Source: a virus
Virus record (IMG/VR): IMGVR_UViG_3300021373_003510
Location: 13,942 to 77,941 of that record
Strand: one strand, 5' to 3'
DNA length: 64,000 bases
Both the position numbers and the translations under genes were made by a program. How positions within the stretch are numbered: position 1 is the first letter of the stretch; each line of letters starts with the position of its first letter. The notes under the pieces were generated by a model. That model was not told the origin of the DNA. It was given only the letters and a program-made list of their open reading frames with translations, and did not search any database. Below, piece after piece: positions 46,080 to 55,005 of the stretch.

Positions 46080-46108
46080 ATTATATACCAATTACTTGGA
46101 CTTGTCAA
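46080..46108 (-). promoter_or_regulatory. Sigma70-type promoter (gp45)
   Basis: TTGACA-N17-TATAAT, exact. Confidence 0.85.
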
Positions 46109-46961
46109 TAGGATTGTAAGCTTTCTTTTTAGATTTATCATCTGCAGTTGCAGTTACTCCCAGTGACCCTAGGCTTCCCATGTCACCCTTAAAGATATAA
46201 GAACCAACATGGTTAATTTTCATCCAAGGACACATCGTTACTGATAATCCAGCTGCACGAGCCATTTTACAGAAAAAGTAATCTTCGGACAGATACCTTT
46301 TTGATTCTGGGTCAATCACACAATCAAAGAAGGCATGTATTTCTCGAGAACCATCAAATTGGTCGTTACGAATATGGTCAGGCAAATATGATAACTCAGG
46401 ATATGCTTCTCTGTACTTTTCTAAAGCATCTCTTGTAATTAACATAAATCCAGTTCCACCTTCGGAAACCTCAACAGGTTCTGAGAGCTTAAATTGTTTT
46501 ATTCCTTTTACAGGATTAAAGACAAAATCTGATATGTATTTTTCTAGGTCAAAAGGATTCTCTACACCAATACCTTGCTGTGCAGCAACAGAAACCTTTT
46601 CCCATGCAATTGTTTTCTTTGGATATGGACCACATACAATATCATACTTATCTGGGTCTGATATTTGTAATGCAACTAATGCTAATGCATCTCTTGGATC
46701 AAATCCAATATCCGAATCAATGAATAATAAATGAGAACAATCGGAACGAAGAAATTCGTCTACAATATAATTTCTTGCTCTTTGAACAAGACTCTCATTA
46801 AATAAAAAATAATATTTCATTGGAATCTTATGTGCTGCGCATAACATACTTAAATCATTTGTTGACTTTGTATATATGCCTGCGCATTGACCACCATACA
46901 TTGGTGTGCCAACGAATATTTTTTGCTTTGCTAAATCTTCTGTTTTTACTTCAAGCTTCAT
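46092..46961 (-). CDS. GT-A fold glycosyltransferase-like protein
   Basis: IFVGTPMYGG; ESLVQRARN; LLFIDSDIGF (DxD); GTGFMLI; LSEDYFFC; HVG. Confidence 0.78.
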   Translation of the reverse strand: MKLEVKTEDLAKQKIFVGTPMYGGQCAGIYTKSTNDLSMLCAAHKIPMKYYFLFNESLVQRARNYIVDEFLRSDCSHLLFIDSDIGFDPRDALALVALQISDPDKYDIVCGPYPKKTIAWEKVSVAAQQGIGVENPFDLEKYISDFVFNPVKGIKQFKLSEPVEVSEGGTGFMLITRDALEKYREAYPELSYLPDHIRNDQFDGSREIHAFFDCVIDPESKRYLSEDYFFCKMARAAGLSVTMCPWMKINHVGSYIFKGDMGSLGSLGVTATADDKSKKKAYNPIDKSK

Positions 46962-47596
46962 ACTTTAATTTGCTCCATATCGTTTTCGGCTCTAACAATA
47001 CTCTGCAGTCTTAATACATCTGCAAGTATATCCCAAGAGCTATCGTGTGCTTTGAATACTGAATCCCACTTCTCATCGTTTTCGCAAGGAGCAAATCCAT
47101 TTTTCTTTAATTCAAAATTAAACTTTGCATCAATGTAAGTTCTTGTATCTCTTACTGACCAGTACTTAAGATGCTGTTCCATGTGTGGTAATTTGTTTTG
47201 TGATTGAAATAGTCGAGACAAAATCATAGGGTCAAAAGTATTTGACCTAGACCACCAGTATTTGATAGTAGGTGCCTCAATTAAAAAATCAGTGAATTGT
47301 TTTACAAAATCAGAAACTGATAAATCAGAACTCTTAGGAGCAATGTTTCTTCTTACTTCTTTAGATTGCTCATTCCAAAATGCCAGTGTATTAGGATCTA
47401 TTTCCCAACCGTATTTTTGTACTTGTTCTTTTACATCAAACTTGAACTTCCTACACTTGCTTATATCTGCCAAAGTGTATGGATCGTTAGACGTCATCTT
47501 ATCCCAATTGAATACCATTGCTGATATATCAATGACAGCACATTTATTAACGTCCTGTCCCATTGTTTCAAAATCGATGATTAAGTCATGTCGCAT
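46958..47596 (-). CDS. DexA-like 3'-5' exonuclease (DEDDh)
   Basis: IIDFETMG; WSRSNTFD; RDTRT; HDSSWD. Confidence 0.8.
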   Translation of the reverse strand: MRHDLIIDFETMGQDVNKCAVIDISAMVFNWDKMTSNDPYTLADISKCRKFKFDVKEQVQKYGWEIDPNTLAFWNEQSKEVRRNIAPKSSDLSVSDFVKQFTDFLIEAPTIKYWWSRSNTFDPMILSRLFQSQNKLPHMEQHLKYWSVRDTRTYIDAKFNFELKKNGFAPCENDEKWDSVFKAHDSSWDILADVLRLQSIVRAENDMEQIKV

Positions 47597-47619
47597 AATT
47601 TTTTCCTATTCAATGTACC

Positions 47620-47648
47620 ATTATACAACAATACACCATGAATGTCAA
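47620..47648 (-). promoter_or_regulatory. Sigma70-type promoter (dexA-like gene)
   Basis: TTGACA-N17-TATAAT, exact. Confidence 0.85.
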
Positions 47649-47652
47649 TGGT

Positions 47653-48876
47653 TTATCCAAAGAATTCTTCGAGATTTGGAGTTGTGTCTTTTCCATTTGG
47701 ATCATACTCCATAAGTTGTTTTAAGTTATTTTGTCTTAAATAAGTTGTATCAGAAAGCTCAAGATCTCCATTCAAAAACTTACCAATTTCTAAATGCATA
47801 TCTCTTGATGTAGGTACAGGACAATTCTGAGCAATATGATTCATCTTCTTTAATCCATCAAGTAACTCAAAGTCTTCCGGGAATCCCATCATATGTAATG
47901 CTTCACGAATTGTTAAAGACCTTTCTTCAGTAGGATGAATTGTATCAACCATATTACGACCAATCACTGCATTCATATATTCACCAAAGACGTGTACTGA
48001 ACCATCCCATACACCTTTACCGTCTGCATACTTTTTAATTGCATGGTCAGAATACTTAATACCTTTTTCATGTCCTGTCTTATGGAACCATTCGTTAGCT
48101 TCTTTCATCCAACCTTTTTTATTTACATAATTCAGAGTTGTCTTAACGCCTTCTTCAATCATCAGTTCACGAATATCGCGATTTGTTTTTGTTTTAATAA
48201 ATGTATAGTAAGGTTCTTCAGGTACGTTCTTATTAATAATCAAATCTTGATGTAACGCATCTTCAGGAATCTCTTGAAGATATTCAGCAAAGTCCTTTCT
48301 TGGTCGATTATAATAATTCATAACTGGTGCAGATTCTGATTTCCAACCAATCGCAAATGATCTGTCTCTACCTTGAGGAACACCATGAAATCTTGTTGAT
48401 GTTTTAAATAATGTTAATGAGTATCCGCGTTCTTTACAAATTTCATATAACTTGTTTGCGACAGGACGACCTTTATTTGTATATAGTGCAGGAGCATTTT
48501 CAACAATGACTACCTTTGCTCCAAGAACATCAATACCATTCTCAAAGACCATATACATAAAGTCGTTCTTTGCACAACCTGGTCCTTTTGATTCTGTTGT
48601 CGTTCCTGTATTTAATTGCGATAAAGCAGCACAAGGTGGAGTACCTGTAACTACATCAACCTTTTTAATTTTAGGATTCTCTGAATCTAACAAGACATAA
48701 GGAATATCACGTCCCAATGTATTTTGCTGATAATTTACATAATGCCCATCGTTAGCTTCAAAACCACCAAAAGAATATATTGCTTCGGGTGGTTTACCAA
48801 ATGCTTTTTCTGCGCCTAATGCTTGTCCACCAATTAATGGAATTAGTGGTGCCCACGTTATTTCTTTTTTACTCAT
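47653..48876 (-). CDS. DNA cytosine-C5 methyltransferase-fold protein with atypical SAM-binding motifs
   Basis: Motif IV GTPPC, VI VENA, VIII QGRDR, IX RSLTIREALHMMGFPEDF; motif I reads LIPLIGG. Confidence 0.8.
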   Translation of the reverse strand: MSKKEITWAPLIPLIGGQALGAEKAFGKPPEAIYSFGGFEANDGHYVNYQQNTLGRDIPYVLLDSENPKIKKVDVVTGTPPCAALSQLNTGTTTESKGPGCAKNDFMYMVFENGIDVLGAKVVIVENAPALYTNKGRPVANKLYEICKERGYSLTLFKTSTRFHGVPQGRDRSFAIGWKSESAPVMNYYNRPRKDFAEYLQEIPEDALHQDLIINKNVPEEPYYTFIKTKTNRDIRELMIEEGVKTTLNYVNKKGWMKEANEWFHKTGHEKGIKYSDHAIKKYADGKGVWDGSVHVFGEYMNAVIGRNMVDTIHPTEERSLTIREALHMMGFPEDFELLDGLKKMNHIAQNCPVPTSRDMHLEIGKFLNGDLELSDTTYLRQNNLKQLMEYDPNGKDTTPNLEEFFG

Positions 48877-50132
48877 CCGAAAAAGTCCTCAAGTGTTGCA
48901 GCCGTTTTCTTTTCGTATTGTGATATATCAGTAGCGATATAATCTTTATCAATGGCTGTCATAATTTTGTTATTCAAAAAAGTACCATCATAATATTCAG
49001 GCTTACATATTAATTTACGCAAACCTCTTATTACTGATTCGTACTCATTTTCGTTATTTAATAACCTAGTCATTCTTTCTTTAAATTCAGTAGGAGTTTT
49101 AGGTCTTAAAAAATCTGGTATAGGTAGATGTTTTTGTTCATCATAAGTAGGATGTAAGAATGGTATTACACCAGCATGTACCATTTCAATATACTTTGAA
49201 GTTACCCAACCCTTTGCGATTGGAATAATAAAAGTAAACTTAACATTGTTCATTTTTGCCATTACATCATCAAGATGAATTGAACCTTTAAATCTTGCAT
49301 CGGTTGTTGTATCAGGATGATCCCACTTACCATAAATTTCAACATCTTCATGATCGTCCAATACCCATTCTTTTAATAAGTTATATCTTGAAGGCTTTGC
49401 TTCATTTAATATAACCATGAATGGTACTTTACGATTCAAATTAAACTGTTCTGAATGTTCGTAATTAACACAGAAGCAAGTTTCCATACCTGCATATGTT
49501 GAAGGTACTTTTCTTTCGTATCTGTTTTGATCTTCATAATTGCGAATACTGCTTACTTCGTATTCATAATCGTATTGACCCAAAGACACTGTTGGTAAAT
49601 GGAATATGTCTCTTGATTGATTCATTACATATCGTGGATCATTTACAATTTCAACATAAGGTGGTTGAACTTCATTTAACCAAATAGCAATAGGTGATGT
49701 ATAGTTCTTAGTCATATCAATTACAGATGCAGGTTTACCATCAGTGATACCTTCTTTCAAATGTTTCACTTGAGTAATTTTACCTGGGATAGTAACTGTT
49801 CCAACTTGACCTACCATCATAACTGTATTGTCTAATTGAAATCCTTTCTGATTAAAGTAATCTATAATATGTCGATAGAATCTATCATCGTCTTCATTCT
49901 TTACGCCTTTCCAAATATCAACTACATTATCATACGGAAACAACTCTAATACTTCAGACTCATTTAGAGTACTGAAATCCGAACGACCAATAATATAAAA
50001 GGTCTTATCTGGGTTATTGTTTGCTAATGATATTAGAACTGTAGATGGCTCGTTGTCTCCACCAATAGGAGAGAATCGAGTGCGTTTGAATTTGACCGAC
50101 TTACCGATCTTTGCGAATCCAATGTTTTTCAT
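48873..50132 (-). CDS. GT-B fold DNA glycosyltransferase-like protein (T4 beta-glucosyltransferase-like C-terminal domain)
   Basis: VEIYGKW; TSKYIEMVHAGVIPFLHPTYDEQ; neighbours gp42; clamp-like tail TLEDFFG. Confidence 0.6.
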   Translation of the reverse strand: MKNIGFAKIGKSVKFKRTRFSPIGGDNEPSTVLISLANNNPDKTFYIIGRSDFSTLNESEVLELFPYDNVVDIWKGVKNEDDDRFYRHIIDYFNQKGFQLDNTVMMVGQVGTVTIPGKITQVKHLKEGITDGKPASVIDMTKNYTSPIAIWLNEVQPPYVEIVNDPRYVMNQSRDIFHLPTVSLGQYDYEYEVSSIRNYEDQNRYERKVPSTYAGMETCFCVNYEHSEQFNLNRKVPFMVILNEAKPSRYNLLKEWVLDDHEDVEIYGKWDHPDTTTDARFKGSIHLDDVMAKMNNVKFTFIIPIAKGWVTSKYIEMVHAGVIPFLHPTYDEQKHLPIPDFLRPKTPTEFKERMTRLLNNENEYESVIRGLRKLICKPEYYDGTFLNNKIMTAIDKDYIATDISQYEKKTAATLEDFFG

Positions 50133-50156
50133 AATATAATATATCCGACTATAATT

Positions 50157-50591
50157 TTATTTATTAGATTCCACCACACGTTGTCTAAGCTCGGTTGAGC
50201 TAAACGAGTGCCTTCTTCTATTATAATGAACAGGACATAAACCTTTACCCGTATGTTCTTGATCTTTATATTCTTCACCGACAATTCTTATGTCAGGATT
50301 AATTGTTAAAATCATATCAACGATTTCTTGTTCCGTTGTAAAAGGTATAACCTCGTCAACGTACTTACAAGATGATACCTGTATGTATCTTTCAAAAGGT
50401 GTCTGAACAGGCTTGTTCTTTGCTTCAGGGCGGTCTACTGTTGGGTCAATCAATAATCCAACAATTAAATAATCACACATGGTCTTTGCTTCTTGTAACA
50501 TTACAATATGACCTGCGTGGAATAAATCAAAAGTAGAACATGTAAATCCTACTTTGAAATCTTGAGGTAGTTTCTTTCTATCTAAAAACAT
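50157..50591 (-). CDS. TagD-like cytidylyltransferase
   Basis: STFDLFHAGH; DYLIVGL; YVDEVIP; HSFSSTELR. Confidence 0.88.
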   Translation of the reverse strand: MFLDRKKLPQDFKVGFTCSTFDLFHAGHIVMLQEAKTMCDYLIVGLLIDPTVDRPEAKNKPVQTPFERYIQVSSCKYVDEVIPFTTEQEIVDMILTINPDIRIVGEEYKDQEHTGKGLCPVHYNRRRHSFSSTELRQRVVESNK

Positions 50592-50601
50592 ATTTTCTCC
50601 A

Positions 50602-51633
50602 TTACATAATCTCTGCCATTACATCGTTAACACATTGTATAATAAAATCTTTATCAGGGTGGTACTTATATACACGAATGATTTCTGATGCTACAGTAGT
50701 CCAAACTGATTTCTCATCAAGATTATTATATAAACATAATACCTTTAGAGATTCGTTTTGTAAATCTACAGGATAACGATTAATAATTAAACTTGCCACA
50801 AATTTAGATATATCTAATTGTGTATTTCCAAATGCTGACGGGATAGGATCAATTAAGACTAAATTACAGTCATTAAACAGCATGTTCTTAACACCAAAAT
50901 CTCCATGCGAAAAAGATGGAAACTGATGTGGCAAAGCAACAAGACGATCTACGATATCTTCAAAGGCAGCAATACCTGTTGGCTTAACATGGTTTACAAT
51001 TCTTCCAATATAATCTTCCCATACTAAATCCACGGGAGGATTAGCAATATGCTTCATAGATTCTAATGCATCTTGAATTAATCCAAAAGCCATGTAACGA
51101 TTTTCAATCAAATAGTCTTCTTGATGTTCAATGTACTCCATCGTAATTGTATTTCCAACAACACGATCTATCCTTGGAGTATTAAGTAAACCTTTTGTGT
51201 ATTCAAACCAAGCAGCTGCTTCATGCGCATTATCTGCAGTCTTATGAACAAGTCTACCATCGGTGTAAATATCAGAACCACTTAGTCCGCCTTCTAACTC
51301 TCTTATATCGGCCTCTAAAAATAACTCAGGTGTAATACCTTTGTCATCAATGTAATAGGCTCCAAGAGGTTTATCAAAACTCAGAAGTCCATATTTGACC
51401 TGATGCTTATCTAACCAATGTTCGATCTGAGCTCGGTATTTTTTATCAGCTTCTTCTCGAGTCTTACAAGAAATTGAACCACGAGCAGTGTAAATATCAA
51501 CAAGCCAACCAGAATCAAACAGCTTATTACATTTTTCAATTAAAGGAAGATTAGGTTTTGCTCTTTCCCAATCTCTGTTTGATGTAAATGCTAAAGTGTC
51601 ATCAAAGTCTAAAATGATTCTTTTATTGTACAT
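50602..51633 (-). CDS. Fusion of a HAD phosphatase (EcbF/BcbF-like) and an aminoglycoside/choline-kinase-like domain
   Basis: DFDDTL, YTARG, KP..YYIDDK; then GGLSGS, HGDFGVKN, LIDP. Confidence 0.78.
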   Translation of the reverse strand: MYNKRIILDFDDTLAFTSNRDWERAKPNLPLIEKCNKLFDSGWLVDIYTARGSISCKTREEADKKYRAQIEHWLDKHQVKYGLLSFDKPLGAYYIDDKGITPELFLEADIRELEGGLSGSDIYTDGRLVHKTADNAHEAAAWFEYTKGLLNTPRIDRVVGNTITMEYIEHQEDYLIENRYMAFGLIQDALESMKHIANPPVDLVWEDYIGRIVNHVKPTGIAAFEDIVDRLVALPHQFPSFSHGDFGVKNMLFNDCNLVLIDPIPSAFGNTQLDISKFVASLIINRYPVDLQNESLKVLCLYNNLDEKSVWTTVASEIIRVYKYHPDKDFIIQCVNDVMAEIM

Positions 51634-51639
51634 TGTTTC

Positions 51640-51846
51640 TTAAAATTTGTTTTTGAAGATAACTGAACGAGTTAAACCACCGAACAGATAAGTAAAGTAT
51701 AAGAAGAATGGTACTGCAAGAGCAATTCTAATTGAATCCTTTGTGGCTCCTACCACTTCTCCGAGAGTAATAAGAACAAAAATTACAGCAGTAATTGCTA
51801 ACACTGTTCCTGCACCAAACATAAAGTCTTTTAACATTTCTTTCAT
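51640..51846 (-). CDS. Small membrane protein with two predicted TM helices
   Basis: Two hydrophobic segments; AGGA RBS; first gene after a promoter. Confidence 0.65.
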   Translation of the reverse strand: MKEMLKDFMFGAGTVLAITAVIFVLITLGEVVGATKDSIRIALAVPFFLYFTYLFGGLTRSVIFKNKF

Positions 51847-51876
51847 AATATAGTTTCCTTTAATAAATTAGATACC

Positions 51877-51905
51877 ATTATACCATAGTTACGATCATTT
51901 GTCAA
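51877..51905 (-). promoter_or_regulatory. Sigma70-type promoter (kinase/cytidylyltransferase/GT/MTase operon)
   Basis: TTGACA-N17-TATAAT, exact. Confidence 0.85.
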
Positions 51906-52653
51906 TAGAAAAAATTGACTCAACATCGTAGTGAGGTACTTCTATTTCCTCAACCCAGTTAACTTGTTTATTATAAGGTCTCCATTTATCTCTAACAAAG
52001 TAATCCTCATAACATATAATTTCACCTGGGTATATACTATATAGCCATTTCATCCGTTCGTAATTATCACGAATTTGATTAATGCAGTTTGGAACAGTGA
52101 CTACTCCCATTCCACCTGTTAACATTGGATCATTAGGATCAACTTCAACAATATGTTTTTCGTCTTTACCTAAAAATCCTAAATGAGTTTCTCTTACAAA
52201 CTCATCAGTCATTTTTTTAGCCTGAACTTTGAATCCTGTTTTAGAAAAGTCTCCCCATCTTCTTACAGCAACCCAACTCTTACATGTGGCTTCAAAATCT
52301 CTACGATACAAATAATAAATCTTATCTACTGATTTTAGTATTTCTTTAATCATATAGTCTTCGCGTACTTGCCAAGGCATAATCTTAAAGCAAATTTCAA
52401 CATCAGGTTTACGAAGTTCAGTCATTAAGTTGGCATCACTTTGAATTAGATCGAGTATTTCATACTGCATAATCCCATATTCATTTTGAAGTTTATACCT
52501 AGCAGGAATTGCTCCTACTTTATTTGCTTTCTCATGACTAAACGCTTCACCACCATAAGGTAGTCCGTATTCTTCAGCCTTTTGTAATGTAAAAGTAGTA
52601 CTGCCTGTTCTATAATTACATATGACTGCTACTTTTTTAATGTTTTGTTCCAC
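51895..52653 (-). CDS. PAPS-dependent sulfotransferase-like protein
   Basis: 5'-PSB loop NYRTGSTTF; FKIMP; 3'-PB-like YLYRRDFEATCKSW; CYED. Confidence 0.65.
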   Translation of the reverse strand: MEQNIKKVAVICNYRTGSTTFTLQKAEEYGLPYGGEAFSHEKANKVGAIPARYKLQNEYGIMQYEILDLIQSDANLMTELRKPDVEICFKIMPWQVREDYMIKEILKSVDKIYYLYRRDFEATCKSWVAVRRWGDFSKTGFKVQAKKMTDEFVRETHLGFLGKDEKHIVEVDPNDPMLTGGMGVVTVPNCINQIRDNYERMKWLYSIYPGEIICYEDYFVRDKWRPYNKQVNWVEEIEVPHYDVESIFSIDK

Positions 52654-53089
52654 TCATAAACTCCGTTTCAACACCTGCTTCAGTAAACATACGTTGTGAC
52701 TTGTCAAATGATTCTAACCATTTTTGCGGAATATCATCAGCCGACATAACAATTCTATTTATGCCCACCTGAATAATTCCTTTTGCACAGTCATGACAAA
52801 CTGGTAAACCCCAAACATATAATGTAGAATCCTTTAGAGATATTCCATTAAATGTAGCATTATATATGCAATTCATTTCAGCATGAACAACAAGATCATA
52901 TTTAATAGTTCTATCTATGTATCTTTCAGGACTATCTTCGATTCCTTTTGGAAATCCATTATATCCAGTTGCTAGGATGCGACGGTCTGAGTTAACAGCC
53001 ACCGCACCGATTTGTTTTGAAGGGTCTTTACTCCAAGTTGAGATTTCTTGTGCGACTCTTAAGAATCGTTTATCCCACTTTTCTTGCAT
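52637..53089 (-). CDS. cd: dCMP deaminase
   Basis: WSKDPS; TGYNGFP; HAEMN; PVCHDCAKGIIQ. Confidence 0.93.
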   Translation of the reverse strand: MQEKWDKRFLRVAQEISTWSKDPSKQIGAVAVNSDRRILATGYNGFPKGIEDSPERYIDRTIKYDLVVHAEMNCIYNATFNGISLKDSTLYVWGLPVCHDCAKGIIQVGINRIVMSADDIPQKWLESFDKSQRMFTEAGVETEFMSGTKH

Positions 53090-53744
53090 CTATCAATTCC
53101 TCAACGAAGTTAAAATGTCTTTCATATACATGGAAATTAGAAGCAGTCCAAATTAAATTACCAACTCGTATACCAAGATCATGCGCAAGGTTGGTTTGAA
53201 CATATCTTGCCCAAGCATAATCATTGTTATAACCAAACACTGCATCGTTTGAACGCATTAGGTAATGAGAATCAAGTTCACCATCTCGAACATAAAAAGT
53301 ATTCGCATAGGTACACATAAAGTCATTCATACCGTCTCTTGTGAAATCAACATGCATGCTTGGTCGATTATAAATCATAGTTGCTCTGCGAGAGTTTGGA
53401 TTGTTTTTCAATTCGCGAAGAACATGTTGGTATTGATTACCGTTCTCTTCAGAGTATATACACCAACCATAATTAGAATTGATCTCACCTTCGGTTGAAG
53501 CAATGTCTTTCCAAATTTTTGGAGTTTCACCAGGAATATCATTTACATTCAACGATTGAGACTTATACCATTGTAACTCACGGCCGATATACTCATATGC
53601 AGGTTTGCGAACAATATAATCTTCGTCAGCAAGAAATGTTGCGCCGATGATTTCAATTGTCTTTGCACCTGTTCTATCAATAATGAAATCTTCATCAAGA
53701 TATTTGTCAGTGATAAGTTGTCTTACTAGGTTGATCGTTAGCAT
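53070..53744 (-). CDS. gp42: dCMP hydroxymethyltransferase (thymidylate synthase fold)
   Basis: Close to T4 gp42 as recalled: DRTGAKTIEIIGATF, DIPGETPKIW, GEINSNYGW, DFMCT, MRSNDAVFGYNND (Asp at the dCMP-specificity position). Confidence 0.9.
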   Translation of the reverse strand: MLTINLVRQLITDKYLDEDFIIDRTGAKTIEIIGATFLADEDYIVRKPAYEYIGRELQWYKSQSLNVNDIPGETPKIWKDIASTEGEINSNYGWCIYSEENGNQYQHVLRELKNNPNSRRATMIYNRPSMHVDFTRDGMNDFMCTYANTFYVRDGELDSHYLMRSNDAVFGYNNDYAWARYVQTNLAHDLGIRVGNLIWTASNFHVYERHFNFVEELIDARKVG

Positions 53745-53998
53745 TATATTGTTTCCATTAACGCTTCAATATCCGATACTTCTGCAACTAGGTCAGAAAC
53801 ATTTTGATTATGGAAAGCTCTTGCAGTTTTCCTTAAGATTGATTTTGGGATTTGAACTTCTTCGGCCAAAGCATTGATTGCTTCTTTTTGAAAATCTCTT
53901 TCAGATTCCATTCTTGTAAACGAATTACTCATTTCTTCCATGCAGCCACGAATTCTTTTCTTATCTTCGTCGCTTGTTGGTAATATCACATTAGTCAT
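53744..53998 (-). CDS. dsDNA-binding protein, T4 DsbA-like
   Basis: 84-aa helical protein; ERDFQKEAINALAEEVQIPKSILRKTARAFH pattern. Confidence 0.6.
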   Translation of the reverse strand: MTNVILPTSDEDKKRIRGCMEEMSNSFTRMESERDFQKEAINALAEEVQIPKSILRKTARAFHNQNVSDLVAEVSDIEALMETI

Positions 53999-54341
53999 TT
54001 TTTATTCTCCTATTGAATATATCGGCTCTAGGATTTTGGCCTGGTATCATCTGACGACAATACGCAACAAAAAAACTAGAATAGTTTATAAGATCTTTTG
54101 CTGAATCTTCAAGAGATTCAAAGTTTGGTTCGTAATCATCACCTTGCATTGCTTCCATTACAGATTTCATACGCAACATTTTTGCATGCATAATATCATG
54201 AATCGTTGTGACACCATTCGGATAATAGTCTGCTTGTTGCACAGTGCTGTTTGGATTTTGATAATCACGAGATTTTTGAGTTTGTAAGTCAATGCATTCT
54301 TGTAATACATTAACGCTTTCTCGATTTACTTTTTTAGTCAT
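53991..54341 (-). CDS. Nucleotide-modification-associated helical protein (DUF1599/Nmad-like)
   Basis: LQECIDLQTQKSRDY...FESLEDSAKDLINYSSF; adjacent to gp42. Confidence 0.65.
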   Translation of the reverse strand: MTKKVNRESVNVLQECIDLQTQKSRDYQNPNSTVQQADYYPNGVTTIHDIMHAKMLRMKSVMEAMQGDDYEPNFESLEDSAKDLINYSSFFVAYCRQMIPGQNPRADIFNRRIKND

Positions 54342-54370
54342 ATAGGCGTATCCTCATAATATAAAAATCT

Positions 54371-54399
54371 ATTATAACAAAATTGACACTGCATGTCAA
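54371..54399 (-). promoter_or_regulatory. Sigma70-type promoter of the gp42 operon, containing a TTGACA-N5-TGTCAA palindrome
   Basis: TTGACA-N17-TATAAT, exact; inverted repeat at 54383-54399. Confidence 0.85.
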
Positions 54400-54875
54400 T
54401 AGCTAATTTCATACTTTAGAAATAACTCTGTAGCCTCAGTGCATTTGTTGTCGGTTGAATTGTAACTTGCTGACCAACGAATGTTATCAGGACAGTTACC
54501 TTTTGAATTTGGAGTATCTAAAAACTCGAACATGACATCATGGGGTATCATAGATATACGATACTTATTGTTTTCCAAAGAAGAAGCATCTACTAACGCA
54601 AACCAATCACAACCATTTCGCTTACACATTAAACTCCAAGCACCTAGTTTGCCTTCGGTTGGTTTGTTTGCTGTTTTTACTTCAATTCGACCAGGATATC
54701 TTGTTTTACCAAGAACGTCGAATTTACCGTTTACTGATTCGCCTTCGGTGAGACTGACGATTTGCGATTCACCTATAGAACCTACAAGCGATTTATACAA
54801 ATCGTCAGTACCACATAACTTGCCATCTTTATGAAGACTAATTGCTTCGTTGAGCAATATCGTCAAATTATCCAT
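54396..54875 (-). CDS. PD-(D/E)XK restriction-endonuclease-like protein
   Basis: GSIGE...KFDVLG...RIEVKT catalytic pattern. Confidence 0.55.
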   Translation of the reverse strand: MDNLTILLNEAISLHKDGKLCGTDDLYKSLVGSIGESQIVSLTEGESVNGKFDVLGKTRYPGRIEVKTANKPTEGKLGAWSLMCKRNGCDWFALVDASSLENNKYRISMIPHDVMFEFLDTPNSKGNCPDNIRWSASYNSTDNKCTEATELFLKYEISY

Positions 54876-54908
54876 AATGTAAAGTCCATTAATTTAATTT
54901 ATAGATAT

Positions 54909-54937
54909 ATTATACTCTATATCATAAAGAATGTCAA
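54909..54937 (-). promoter_or_regulatory. Sigma70-type promoter (nuclease-like gene)
   Basis: TTGACA-N17-TATAAT, exact. Confidence 0.85.
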
Positions 54938-55005
54938 TAGTTATTTTAAGATTACTCTCCAAACATTTTGTATTCTGCCGGATTTCATTATTTTATGTAG
55001 GTATT

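Noticed and set aside
51895-51930. Sulfotransferase C-terminus DVESIFS as a fourth clamp-binding motif
   Set aside because: It is only a partial match to [LI]E[DE]FF and overlaps a promoter that constrains the sequence.
53070-53744. Ordinary thymidylate synthase
   Set aside because: RSNDAVFGYNND has Asp in place of the TS Asn, and the whole sequence follows T4 gp42.
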